Shown: positions 40,045 to 49,758 of the stretch, piece after piece
Position numbering within the stretch: position 1 is the first letter of the stretch
How the letters are laid out: each line of letters begins with the position of its first letter
Assembly (NCBI GenBank): GCA_963667015.2
Contig: CAXXJJ010000004.1
Coordinates: 2,176,001-2,240,000, forward strand
Reading direction: 5' to 3'
DNA length: 64,000 nt
DNA from: Desulfatiglandales bacterium
GTDB taxonomy: Bacteria > Desulfobacterota > DSM-4660 > Desulfatiglandales > HGW-15
Program-made: the position numbers and the translations under genes
The notes under the pieces: generated by a model
The model's input: only the letters and a program-made list of their open reading frames with translations
Database searches by the model: none
Told to the model about the DNA's origin: nothing

Positions 40045-41751
40045 CTATAAACCGCTCCCGTTAAAACGTACATCCTTTGTCACTCTTAGAATCTCCTCAA
40101 CAGTGGTCTTTCCATTGTGGACATACCTGAAACCGTCTTCCCTCAGGGTTTTCATACCGTTTTGTAATGCCAGTTCCCGGATTCTGCTGTGGGATTGCCC
40201 TTCGATAATAGCCTCCCGGATATCCTCTGTGACAACCATCTGTTCAAAAATTCCCTTTCGCCCCATATAACCCAGTCCCTGGCATTTTTCACATCCCTTT
40301 CCCCTGTGCAGTTCAGGAGGAAGAATATCGCCGAATTCCTTCTGGAGCTGTTCACGGTTCTGAGGTGCAAAAGTTTCATCACATTCCGGGCAGACAAATC
40401 TTACAAGCCTCTGGGCAATTACTGCTTCTAAGGTTGATGCTACAAGGTAGGGCTCTATACCCATATCCACCAGACGTGTCAGAGCACCAGGAGCATCGTT
40501 TGTATGGAGGGTAGAAAATACGAGATGACCTGTCAGAGATGCCTGAACTGCTATTTCCGCTGTTTCACGGTCTCTTATTTCACCAATGAGTATTACATCA
40601 GGATCATGACGCAGGATGGAGCGGAGACCGCTGGCAAACGTGAGGCCGGCCTTTCTTGACACCTGTATCTGGTTAATACCGGTAAGGTTGTACTCTACAG
40701 GATCTTCAATGGTTATTATCTTACGCTCCACATCATTTATCTGAGAAAGCGCGGCATAAAGGGTAGTTGTTTTGCCGCTTCCTGTGGGCCCGGTTACAAG
40801 TATGATCCCATAGGGAAGCTCAAGCAGTTTTGAAAACACACGATAACTGTCCTGCGGCATACCTAGCTGTTCGAGACCCATAAGAACAGAAGAACGGTCA
40901 AGAAGACGCAGAACCACCGCTTCTCCGTGCAGCATGGGAATTATGGACACACGGATATCAACCTCGCGGCCGTCTATTTTGATCTTTATGCGCCCATCCT
41001 GAGGCAAACGTTTTTCTGCAATATCCAGGTGACTTAGAATTTTTATACGTGAAATGATAGCCGCCTGAAACCTCCTTATTTCATGAGGTACCGGTACTTC
41101 CTTTAGCACGCCGTCAATTCGGTACCGGATTCTCAGCAGGTTCTCAAAGGGTTCAATATGTACATCAGTAGTTCTGAGCTGAATAGCTTCTGAAAGGATC
41201 TGGTTGACAAACCTTATAATAGATGCGCCTTCAGCAGCCTCCAGAAGATCCATATCATCTTCGAGGTCCTGATCAATAATCTGTATCCCGTTGTTACCAA
41301 CTTCGGTAACCATTGACTGTACCGTATCAGCCCCTACCCCAAGGTACTTTTTGATACAGCGGGCTATTTCCTCTGAAGGGGCAAGCGCCGGAGCAAAATC
41401 CACACCGGTGGCAAGGCGGAGTTCATCTATTCCAGTGCTGTCCGATATCGTATTTGTAACGGCAAACATTGAGCCATCTTCATTTTCTATGGGAATTATC
41501 TGCCGTTTAAGGAGCAGCTTTGCCGGAAATCCGGCCAGAAACTGTTTTGAGAAGCTTTGTTCTTCCAGATCTACATATGGAGAACCGAATTCTTCGGAAA
41601 GGAAGCGAAGTACCTGCTCTTCAGTAACCGAACTGCAGGTTAAAATGGATTGTTCAAGGTGGACGCTGTCGGTAAGCATCCTGTCGATTGACTCAACCTC
41701 ATGGCTGTTAAGCAGCCCCCTGTCCTGCATTTTCAGAATGATATTATTCAT
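40045..41751 (-). CDS. gspE: T2SS ATPase
   Basis: RLPQDG, GPTGSGKTT, TIEDPVE, GEIRD, STLHTND, tetra-Cys motif. Confidence 0.95.
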   Translation of the reverse strand: MNNIILKMQDRGLLNSHEVESIDRMLTDSVHLEQSILTCSSVTEEQVLRFLSEEFGSPYVDLEEQSFSKQFLAGFPAKLLLKRQIIPIENEDGSMFAVTNTISDSTGIDELRLATGVDFAPALAPSEEIARCIKKYLGVGADTVQSMVTEVGNNGIQIIDQDLEDDMDLLEAAEGASIIRFVNQILSEAIQLRTTDVHIEPFENLLRIRYRIDGVLKEVPVPHEIRRFQAAIISRIKILSHLDIAEKRLPQDGRIKIKIDGREVDIRVSIIPMLHGEAVVLRLLDRSSVLMGLEQLGMPQDSYRVFSKLLELPYGIILVTGPTGSGKTTTLYAALSQINDVERKIITIEDPVEYNLTGINQIQVSRKAGLTFASGLRSILRHDPDVILIGEIRDRETAEIAVQASLTGHLVFSTLHTNDAPGALTRLVDMGIEPYLVASTLEAVIAQRLVRFVCPECDETFAPQNREQLQKEFGDILPPELHRGKGCEKCQGLGYMGRKGIFEQMVVTEDIREAIIEGQSHSRIRELALQNGMKTLREDGFRYVHNGKTTVEEILRVTKDVRFNGSGL

Positions 41752-41859
41752 CTAACTGTTTCACTGTAAGGAGTTATTTCATCATAAACCGTGAGTTCCC
41801 CTGTATTTTTTAATTTTGTTTACTCAGACCTCAGATTGACTCTTTCCGGGTACTCACGT

Positions 41860-42423
41860 CTAATCAAGCATACCCATTGCTATTAAAGTAGCTTCCTGCT
41901 TTACAGTAAGGAGCTCCCTGAGTTCCTTCTGAGCTGATGTATTTTCCTGCTGCACTTTTTCTTTTGCTTTACGAATTTTTATTACCTTGGCTTTAATATC
42001 GTCAACAGAAGCATCTTTCTTCTCCAGTAATGTCTGGAGTTCCTGCATAGCTGTATCCACCGGGCTTTCCTGCATGCCTGGCATTCCACCTCTTCTTCTG
42101 TTAGAATTAGGCGGCTGCATTCCGGGCCTGCCCATCATCATTCTTCCGGGATTTCCCCGTGATGACATCGAAAGCTCAAAAACCTTCATGACCTTTGGTC
42201 CAATTACGCTCCACTCCTCATCATTTAATTCGAGCGTTTCTTTAAGCCTCTGTTCCATCATTTTCTGCATCTGTGCAGGATCTCCCATCATGCCACGCCC
42301 AGGTGCGTTCCCCTGCCCTATCGCATTCCCCGGCCCCTGACCTGGTGGTGTCTGAGCGGTTGCAGGAAATGCTAAACAAAACACCGAAAACAAAATAACC
42401 GCGAATTTTATTAGTATTTTCAT
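41860..42423 (-). CDS. Exported Gly/Pro/Met-rich helical protein heading the T2SS operon
   Basis: Signal peptide ending ATA-Q, low-complexity linkers, helical C-domain. Confidence 0.75.
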   Translation of the reverse strand: MKILIKFAVILFSVFCLAFPATAQTPPGQGPGNAIGQGNAPGRGMMGDPAQMQKMMEQRLKETLELNDEEWSVIGPKVMKVFELSMSSRGNPGRMMMGRPGMQPPNSNRRRGGMPGMQESPVDTAMQELQTLLEKKDASVDDIKAKVIKIRKAKEKVQQENTSAQKELRELLTVKQEATLIAMGMLD

Positions 42424-42731
42424 GACTTTTCCTTTCTTTCATAAATAATTTATCGCACAAATGTTTCTTATACCCCGGCAATTACTGCCTGATTAGTGCA
42501 TGATTTACTGGAAAGTTGCCGTTTCTGAATAAAAATCAGTTACCAGTTAGTCTATGTAGTCGTTTATCATCTGGTAAAGTTACATTTTTTAAGTTTCTTT
42601 TTAAGAAAACTGATTTTTTTACAAATCGGGATGAATGCTATAAAACCAATATATATACCAGTTACAAAGTATCCGGATCTTAAAATTCGATAACTAAAAA
42701 AATTCTATAGCGAGAAAGGAAAAATAGTATT

Positions 42732-42762
42732 GAAAAGACTCAGGGGAGCTGGCCCCTGAGTT
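42732..42762 (-). terminator. Rho-independent terminator after the EthD gene
   Basis: ACTCAGGGG/CCCCTGAGT stem followed by CTTTT on the minus strand. Confidence 0.65.
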
Positions 42763-42799
42763 ATACTTAATTAAACAGACTGATTTAATATAATTATTT

Positions 42800-43138
42800 T
42801 CATATATTATCAAGAATTACATGTTCTTCAGCAATCCAAAGCCCCCCGGGTTTCATTTCGGCAAATTTTGATCCATCTATCACCAGTTCTTTGCCTGCAT
42901 CAGAATGGATAAACTCCATCGCCCGTTTAAATGAATTAATATCATCGTACCACATCTCGACAATGCCATCTCCCTCATATTCCATGCCCGGCATATCAAC
43001 AAAATGGTTCTGGACATATTTTCTCACACCCGGTATCAGTTTTGCTGCCAGGGGAGCATGCTGTTCTTTCCAGTATTTATTGTATTCATCCCGTGTCAAT
43101 CCTGTTTTCCTGTGGGCAAGCGCGATAGATTTGATCAT
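42800..43138 (-). CDS. EthD-family dimeric alpha/beta barrel protein
   Basis: YWKEQHAPL, YVQNH, DGIVEMW. Confidence 0.85.
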   Translation of the reverse strand: MIKSIALAHRKTGLTRDEYNKYWKEQHAPLAAKLIPGVRKYVQNHFVDMPGMEYEGDGIVEMWYDDINSFKRAMEFIHSDAGKELVIDGSKFAEMKPGGLWIAEEHVILDNI

Positions 43139-43288
43139 AATATCTCCTCCTTAAAATGATGGTTTGTATTGGACAGTTTATTTTTTAAATGAGGCAGCTT
43201 CAACAATAACAGGGTTGACTATAATAATAAAATAAAATTATATCGTAAGTTATAAAACGATAACATCCTTAGTGAAAAGGAGTCCAAA

Positions 43289-43708
43289 ATGGAAGACTGT
43301 ATTTTCTGTAAAATTATAAAAGGTGAGATCCCGAGTTTTAAAGTTTATGAAGACGAAAATGTCTTTGCATTTGAAGATATAAATCCGATAGCCGAAGGTC
43401 ATACCCTTGTTATACCTAAAAAACATGCCAGGGATCTATGGGAAATAGATGATGAATCCCTTACCGCTGTTCAGCTTGCTTCAAAAAAAATAATCGATGC
43501 AATTAACAGGGCATTAAAACCCTCAGGTGTTGCGGCAATGCAGCTTAATGGCGAAAGTGTAGGACAGACTGTTCTTCATTATCATCTGCATTTAATCCCC
43601 AGACTCGAGGGCAACCCTTCCCTGCCTATAGCGCGCTGGAAGATGACGCCTGGAGATATGGATAAAATAAAGGAAACTGCGGAAAAAATAAGGGAAGCAA
43701 TTATTTAA
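43289..43708 (+). CDS. HIT-family hydrolase
   Basis: DCIFCKI, HYHLHLIPR. Confidence 0.95.
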   Translation: MEDCIFCKIIKGEIPSFKVYEDENVFAFEDINPIAEGHTLVIPKKHARDLWEIDDESLTAVQLASKKIIDAINRALKPSGVAAMQLNGESVGQTVLHYHLHLIPRLEGNPSLPIARWKMTPGDMDKIKETAEKIREAII

Positions 43709-46636
43709 TTATTTATATGCAATACATCTGAACCCAAGGATATTGGAGCAGGTCTTCGCATCAAGCAGAAATCTCTGTGTTAATCTGATATTCTCACCAG
43801 AAACCCAGCTTCCGCCTTTGGTTACATAAATACTTCTATCGGGCACCGAATCACCGGTGCTCGTCCATTCAAGAACATTTCCAATAAGATCATACACACC
43901 AAAGTTATTGGCCGCATCTTCAAATTCATCGACCGGTGTTGTAGCGCCGATGGCGGATGCCTCAATATTGCACAGGCCTTCCTTCATTTCCTGTCCCCAT
44001 GGGTAATCAAATCCTCTTGCTGTCCTTGAAGCCGCTTCCCACTCTTCTTCTGTGGGGAGTCTCTTTCCGGTCCAGGCTGCAAAGGCCATGGCATCTTCAA
44101 GGCTTACCTGGACGACCGGATGGTTTCTTTTTCCATGAAGTGAGCTGCCCGGCCCCTCGGGTTTAAACCAGCATGCGCCCTTCACATTTTCGTTCTCGAG
44201 CGCAGAGTTCCATTCAAGGGTTTTCATACCGCTTTCTTCATCTACTGTATTTCGATAACGCCCTTTATATACTACTCCATAACCTGTACGTTCTGCAGTT
44301 GTTACATAACCTGTTTTTTCAATAAACAGCTCAAACAGATGATTTGTCACGGGAAACTTCCCGAAGTAAAAATCCGGAAGCTGGGTATATCCTTCTTTTA
44401 TTTCATTACTGTCGGGTGCCGCATGCCCTGTTAAATATTTACCTCCGGGTATAAGAAGATACCTGTTATAATATCTTTCGGTCTCGGACAGCATTTTGTC
44501 GAATTTATCCGCCAGGAGCAGGGCCTTTTGCCTGCCTTCTTCGCTGGTGTATCCGCTGGCATCATAATCATCAAGTATCTCCTCCAGGGTATCATCATAT
44601 TCCCCGTCTTTTGCATCTTCAACTTCATCCTGGCTGTCATTTTCATCATCAGGAGCAACAATGATTTCTATTTCCTCATAATCATCGTCTTCCAGATCAT
44701 CGATCGGTTCCTCCTCTATATCATCTTCCGGTATTCCTTCTGATTCGTTCTCCGGAAGTTCTTCTATTTCTCCAAGCTCTGAATCCTTTAAATCGTCTTC
44801 GACTATCTCTTCCAGTTCACTATCTTCAGCATCTTCAACCTCTATTTCCTCATAATCATCGTCTTCCAGCTCATCAACAAGTTCTTCCTCAACGTCCTCT
44901 TCCGGATGGTCTTCTATTTCTTCAAGCCCTACATCCTCTAAATCCTCATCACCGGCGCCTTCTACTATCTCTTCCAGCTCATTATTCTCTGCATCTTCAA
45001 CCTCTATTTCCTCATAGTCATCGTCTTCCAGCTCATCAACAAGTTCTTCCTCAACATCCTCTTCCGGTACGTCCTCAAACTCATCCTCCGGATGGTCTTC
45101 TATTTTTTCAATATCTGCATCTTCCAGATACTCTTCTCCATCGTCTTCTATTATCTCTTCCAGTTCGTCATCCTTGGCATCCTCCAGCTCTACTTCCTCA
45201 TAGTTATCTTCTTCAGGTTCATCAACCAGTTCTTCCTCAATCTCCTCCTCCGGGAGATCTTCTATTTCTTCTACCTCTGATATCGCGTTTCCACCATCTT
45301 CCTCAAGAATCTCTTCAAGGTCATCTTCTTCCGCATCCTCAACTTCTAATTCCTCATAGTCATCGGCCTCAGACTCATCAACAAGTTCTTCTGCTATCTC
45401 TTCTTCCGGGACTTCTTCGAACTCATCCTCAGGAAGTTCTTCTATATCTTCTAGCTCTGATATCGCGTTTCCACCATCTTCCTCAAAAATCTCTTCAAGG
45501 TCATCATCTTCCGCATCCTCAACTTCTAAGTCCTCATAGTCATCGGCCTCAGACTCATCAACAAGTTCTTCTGCTATCTCTTCTTCCGGGATATCTTCGA
45601 ACTCATCCTCAGGAAGTTCTTCTATATCTTCTAGCTCTGATATCGCATCTCCACCATCTTCCGCAAGAATCTCTTCAAGGTCATCTTCTTCCGCATCCTC
45701 AACTTCTAAGTCCTCATAGTCATCGGCCTCAAACTCATCAACCAGCTCTTCCTCTATTTCATCTTCCGGGACTTCTTCAAACTCTGAGTCACCTATCTCT
45801 TCTTCACCAGCCTCTTCGGGAATATCTTCCAGTTCACCATCTTCAACCGCTATCTCCTTATAGTCATCGGCCTCAGGCTCATCAACCGGCTCTTCCGCTA
45901 TTTCATCTTCCGGGACTTCTTCAAACTCGTCCTCCGGAATTTCTTCATACTTATATTCATATTCTACATCCTGCTCACCTTCACCATCAGTTCCATGGAT
46001 AAAATGCAGACCATTGGAATCATCATCTCCTCTTGCCACTGTCCCTGTTCCATCTTCATCCAGGCTGTATTTCTGACTGTTGAGGCTGTTTCCTGAAGTA
46101 TCGATCGTAATACCGACCTTGCCGGATATCTCTTTTATGATTTCCTTAAGCTGTTCGTATTTATCATCATTTTCAAGACTGTTATCTTTATTCGATATGA
46201 AGTCATTTATGACATTAAGAACATCGGCTATCTTACTCAGAGGCATCTGGTTGCCGCCATCCTCACCATATGAAAAGGCTTCAAGCATTTCACTTTTTGC
46301 CTCATCCGACATATCAAATACATTTTTTTGCCCTATTATTATTCCTTCAGAATTTTTCCCTTCTTCATACAGTTTTTTAAGATCAGCATTCACAGTTGAT
46401 TTAATACTGTTGAAATTCTTTCGCCTGTTTCTAATAACTGATGGGTCATCACCTGTATCCCAGAGCGACTTTACCAGAAAATCAGTGTCGATCTCTTTTA
46501 CAGAAGCGACCTCTCCCCTGATTCTATACTGCTCTCTGATGGCATAGACGAGCTTATATTTTAGAGCCCTTTTATTATTATAACGAAGGTTCTCTAATGC
46601 CTCATCAATCCCTTCAAATGTAACGATTGCCCTCAA
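43709..46636 (-). CDS. FGE-sulfatase-fold protein with a very long Asp/Glu repeat region
   Basis: C-terminal KFPVTN, HPVVQVS, RLPTEEEWE, GNVLEW, KGGSW, GFRC; central acidic repeats; no signal peptide. Confidence 0.85.
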   Translation of the reverse strand: MRAIVTFEGIDEALENLRYNNKRALKYKLVYAIREQYRIRGEVASVKEIDTDFLVKSLWDTGDDPSVIRNRRKNFNSIKSTVNADLKKLYEEGKNSEGIIIGQKNVFDMSDEAKSEMLEAFSYGEDGGNQMPLSKIADVLNVINDFISNKDNSLENDDKYEQLKEIIKEISGKVGITIDTSGNSLNSQKYSLDEDGTGTVARGDDDSNGLHFIHGTDGEGEQDVEYEYKYEEIPEDEFEEVPEDEIAEEPVDEPEADDYKEIAVEDGELEDIPEEAGEEEIGDSEFEEVPEDEIEEELVDEFEADDYEDLEVEDAEEDDLEEILAEDGGDAISELEDIEELPEDEFEDIPEEEIAEELVDESEADDYEDLEVEDAEDDDLEEIFEEDGGNAISELEDIEELPEDEFEEVPEEEIAEELVDESEADDYEELEVEDAEEDDLEEILEEDGGNAISEVEEIEDLPEEEIEEELVDEPEEDNYEEVELEDAKDDELEEIIEDDGEEYLEDADIEKIEDHPEDEFEDVPEEDVEEELVDELEDDDYEEIEVEDAENNELEEIVEGAGDEDLEDVGLEEIEDHPEEDVEEELVDELEDDDYEEIEVEDAEDSELEEIVEDDLKDSELGEIEELPENESEGIPEDDIEEEPIDDLEDDDYEEIEIIVAPDDENDSQDEVEDAKDGEYDDTLEEILDDYDASGYTSEEGRQKALLLADKFDKMLSETERYYNRYLLIPGGKYLTGHAAPDSNEIKEGYTQLPDFYFGKFPVTNHLFELFIEKTGYVTTAERTGYGVVYKGRYRNTVDEESGMKTLEWNSALENENVKGACWFKPEGPGSSLHGKRNHPVVQVSLEDAMAFAAWTGKRLPTEEEWEAASRTARGFDYPWGQEMKEGLCNIEASAIGATTPVDEFEDAANNFGVYDLIGNVLEWTSTGDSVPDRSIYVTKGGSWVSGENIRLTQRFLLDAKTCSNILGFRCIAYK
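44700..45940 (-). repeat. In-frame tandem repeats (180-bp near-identical units plus diverged units)
   Basis: tatcgc(g/a)t(t/c)tccaccatctt recurs at 45281, 45461 and 45641; another unit pair lies ~162 bp apart at about 44832/44994. Confidence 0.9.
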
Positions 46637-46700
46637 ATTATACCCCTGAACCCTTATTCATACATTTTTGCTGTAAATTTACTTTATTTACACTCTTTTA

Positions 46701-46889
46701 AGCAGGAATCGTGCCTATTCATGAACATGAAAAACAGCCGTTTATTGCATTTTTCTTGGACAAATTTGAGAAAAAGACGGATTACTCTTCATATCACGTC
46801 ATTATTTTGACGACATCTGGATATTATTTCTGCAATTTCACAGAATTATATGCACATCGCCTGTTACTTTAGGTGGCATAATATTTGCA
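46701..46889. promoter_or_regulatory. Divergent sigma54 promoters with a central GTCA-N6-TGAC palindrome
   Basis: AGGCACGATTCCTGCT (-, 46701-46716), CGTCATTATTTTGACG (46797-46812), TGGCATAATATTTGCA (+, 46874-46889). Confidence 0.7.
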
Positions 46890-46945
46890 AATTTTTAGAA
46901 AATATTAAGAAGAGCAGGAGATAATGGCCGGGGCACATTATATTT

Positions 46946-47722
46946 ATGGGAAAAATCATATGCATTTCAAGTCAGAAAGGCGGAGTTGGAAAAACTACAA
47001 CTGCGATAAATCTTTCTACTGCTCTGGCTCTGGCAGAACAGAATACACTGCTTCTGGACCTTGATTTCCAGGGACATGCTACAGGTGTACTTGCCTCCTC
47101 CGGGAGGAAACAGGGATTGAGTATTTATGAGGTGTTAAACGGTAAAAATCCCATTGAAGATGCCGTAATAGATACAGGAGTAGATTTTTTAAAACTGATT
47201 CCTGCTGATACCAGGCTTATAAATATAGACTATGACCTGAACGTGGGACCCGGGAAAGAATTCCCGCTGAAAGAACAGCTTAACAGGATTAAAAAGGATT
47301 TTGCCTATATTATAATTGACAGCCCGGCCTCTTTTAATCTTCTCGGATTAAATGGAATTATGGCAGCTGACAATATTTTAATCCCGTTACAATGTGAATA
47401 TTTTGCACTGGAATCATTGGCACAGTATTTTAAAATCTTTAATGGTCTAAAGAAAAAACATGGATTTCAGACAGAGATAGGCGGAATATTATTGAATATG
47501 CATAACCCTCATGAGTTTCTTTCTGCACAGATTGCCAGCAGTGTTAAAAAAGGTTTTGACGGCATGGTCTATAGAACTGTCATTCCGAGATGCCGCAGCA
47601 TAAGGGAATCAGCAAGTCATGGAAAAGCTATAATCCTAACCGATATTGCATCTGAAGGAGCAAAAAGCTTTATCTCCCTCGCGAGGGAAATAATTGTAAA
47701 CATGCATTCTTCACAGGAGTAA
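46946..47722 (+). CDS. ParA/Soj-family ATPase (orphan, no adjacent parB)
   Basis: QKGGVGKTTT, DLDFQG, IDSPA, IPLQCE. Confidence 0.92.
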   Translation: MGKIICISSQKGGVGKTTTAINLSTALALAEQNTLLLDLDFQGHATGVLASSGRKQGLSIYEVLNGKNPIEDAVIDTGVDFLKLIPADTRLINIDYDLNVGPGKEFPLKEQLNRIKKDFAYIIIDSPASFNLLGLNGIMAADNILIPLQCEYFALESLAQYFKIFNGLKKKHGFQTEIGGILLNMHNPHEFLSAQIASSVKKGFDGMVYRTVIPRCRSIRESASHGKAIILTDIASEGAKSFISLAREIIVNMHSSQE

Positions 47723-47725
47723 AGA

Positions 47726-48313
47726 ATGAAAATCACAGATTCTGAAATTATAAAAAACGGCGAGCAGGAATTGATTGATGCAATAACCGCTGACCTGGAC
47801 TGGGGTGCAATTGAAGAGGTTTTTCTAAAAGAGCATAACCTGGGAATTGAAGAGGACATTGAATATAAAAGCGGTGATATTGTGGCTGTTGATAACCAGA
47901 TCGCCTATAAACTTGAATTTGAGGTAAAGGTAAATCTTTCTGTTTTAATTAACAGGAATGGCGAATACCTTTCAGTAAACATATCCAATCGTCATGCAAA
48001 TCCTGAAGAAGATGTTGAAACTGATATTAGTAACGAACCGGCAGGACCTGAAACAGATGCGGATATAGAATTGCAGACTGAAGAGCCGGTATATGAAAGC
48101 ATCGATGAAGAAACTGCAGGCGAAGAAAATGACAATTTACCTGATGATACAGACGAAATTCAATATGTAACAAACGATGGAGTTGAGGATATAGAAGAAA
48201 GCATCTCTGAAGATAGAGATTTTGCCCCATTTGGCGATTTATCTGATAGCAGCAGTGATGATATGGGTCAGAAGGTTGATGATATACTTGAAAATATTAA
48301 AAAGGCCGGATGA
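47726..48313 (+). CDS. Hypothetical protein with acidic C-terminal tail
   Basis: 195-aa ORF in an operon with parA. Confidence 0.75.
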   Translation: MKITDSEIIKNGEQELIDAITADLDWGAIEEVFLKEHNLGIEEDIEYKSGDIVAVDNQIAYKLEFEVKVNLSVLINRNGEYLSVNISNRHANPEEDVETDISNEPAGPETDADIELQTEEPVYESIDEETAGEENDNLPDDTDEIQYVTNDGVEDIEESISEDRDFAPFGDLSDSSSDDMGQKVDDILENIKKAG

Positions 48314-48349
48314 TCATTTCGGAAGTAAAAAAGAAAAACAGGAAAAATT

Positions 48350-49723
48350 ATGACCGATGAAACTTTGCAGGAAAGCAATGATAATAAAGATACCGGAACA
48401 GATAAAGGTCAGGCTGAAACTCAGGGCAACGGGGTAAACAACCTTGAGCTCATTAGAGAATTTAATGATATCCTGGGGACTCATATCGAACGGCTTCTGG
48501 ATACCCGTTATGGAATTGAAGGGCTTGAACTTAATATATTTTCTATTTCCTGTATCGTACTTCTTGCAACCCGTGAAACTGAAATAGAAACATTTCCGGC
48601 ACAACCGCCGTCTCGTTATACCGTTTCGAGTCTCACCGAAGAACTTGCTGAGATGAGTATCGAGCCTGACAGTGAAATCAATAAAGTTATCGAAGATATG
48701 ACAGGCAAGAGTTATTTAAAGATAAATGATGAACGCCTTTTCAGTGATAAATCTATGGGCAGCATGGCCCAGCTCTTTGATCGCATCTTTCCCAAGATGC
48801 CGGGTCTGAATCTGGTTGCATACCTTGGGCAAATGATAGATGAGGTTTTAGCCGGGAGGAAAGCACAGGTAGAAGCATCCAGGCAGTTTAACCAGATGCT
48901 GGAACTGCAGGGAGTTTCTATTAATGAACCGGCAGCACCTAAGCCAGCAAAAAAGAAATTTTCTCACCTCCGCTTAGGAGATGACAGCCCTCCTCCTCCT
49001 CAAAAGGTAAGAAGGCCTGTAGTTATGCCAGGCAAACCTGCAAATATTTTCAGTCAGCTGAAAACAGGTAATGTTATAAAAACAACTGCCACAGTAAGGC
49101 AAGATATATCACCTCCGCCTGAAGAAGTAATAGCAGGTGCTCCTGATGCATCAGCCGAAAGTAGAATAGAAACGAATAACATGCCTGCTGAGACACCAGA
49201 GCCTCAAAAGACTGTCCATGCAGCTGCCGCTGAGCCCGAAGTAATTGAAGAAGTAAAGGATACAGATGTTCCTGAAACAACAGAAGAGCAGGAAAGCGTA
49301 TCTGACAACTTTGAGCCGGTTGATGACAGGGAGATTGAAGACAGGATACTTGAATTTGAGGGACAGCTTGGCCTTAAATGTCCCTTCTGCGGCAATGGCA
49401 GCATTAAAACAAGTGAGACCGCAAAAGGAAAAGCCTATTATCACTGCTCGAGCAGTGAATGTAATTTCATAAGCTGGGGAAAGCCATATTACTTTGACTG
49501 TCCCAAATGCGACAGCAATTTTTTAATCGAGATCACTGACAGCAGCGGCAAGAGTTTCCTGAAATGCCCCAAGGCAACTTGTACACACTGGCAGAAATTC
49601 CCGTGGGATATATCAGACCAGGGCACTAAAGCCCCAGGCAATGAGACTGATTCAGGAGCGGTTATCAGCAAGCCCAAAAGAAAAGTACGAAGAAGGGTTG
49701 TGCGAAGGAAAAAATCCTCCTGA
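48350..49723 (+). CDS. Hypothetical protein with C-terminal topoisomerase-type zinc ribbons and basic tail
   Basis: CPFC..CSSSEC, CPKC..CPKATC, KRKVRRRVVRRKK. Confidence 0.75.
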   Translation: MTDETLQESNDNKDTGTDKGQAETQGNGVNNLELIREFNDILGTHIERLLDTRYGIEGLELNIFSISCIVLLATRETEIETFPAQPPSRYTVSSLTEELAEMSIEPDSEINKVIEDMTGKSYLKINDERLFSDKSMGSMAQLFDRIFPKMPGLNLVAYLGQMIDEVLAGRKAQVEASRQFNQMLELQGVSINEPAAPKPAKKKFSHLRLGDDSPPPPQKVRRPVVMPGKPANIFSQLKTGNVIKTTATVRQDISPPPEEVIAGAPDASAESRIETNNMPAETPEPQKTVHAAAAEPEVIEEVKDTDVPETTEEQESVSDNFEPVDDREIEDRILEFEGQLGLKCPFCGNGSIKTSETAKGKAYYHCSSSECNFISWGKPYYFDCPKCDSNFLIEITDSSGKSFLKCPKATCTHWQKFPWDISDQGTKAPGNETDSGAVISKPKRKVRRRVVRRKKSS

Positions 49724-49758
49724 TCACGATTTTATCAGGCTGCAATATCTTTTTCGGC

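Noticed and set aside
42465..42545. c-di-GMP-I riboswitch-like ends (GGCAA...GGCAGTAATTGCC) upstream of the T2SS operon
   Set aside because: Lacks the GNRA-loop hairpin and GCAAAG core and is too short; an Infernal search with the c-di-GMP-I model would settle it.
43709..43900. FGE/C-type-lectin C-terminus as a diversity-generating retroelement target
   Set aside because: No reverse transcriptase and no adenine-variant template repeat seen in the window.
44700..45940. Repeats as a CRISPR array
   Set aside because: They are in-frame coding repeats without unique spacers, and no cas genes are present.
46946..47722. parA as a chromosome or plasmid partition locus
   Set aside because: No parB, parS palindrome or replication genes nearby.
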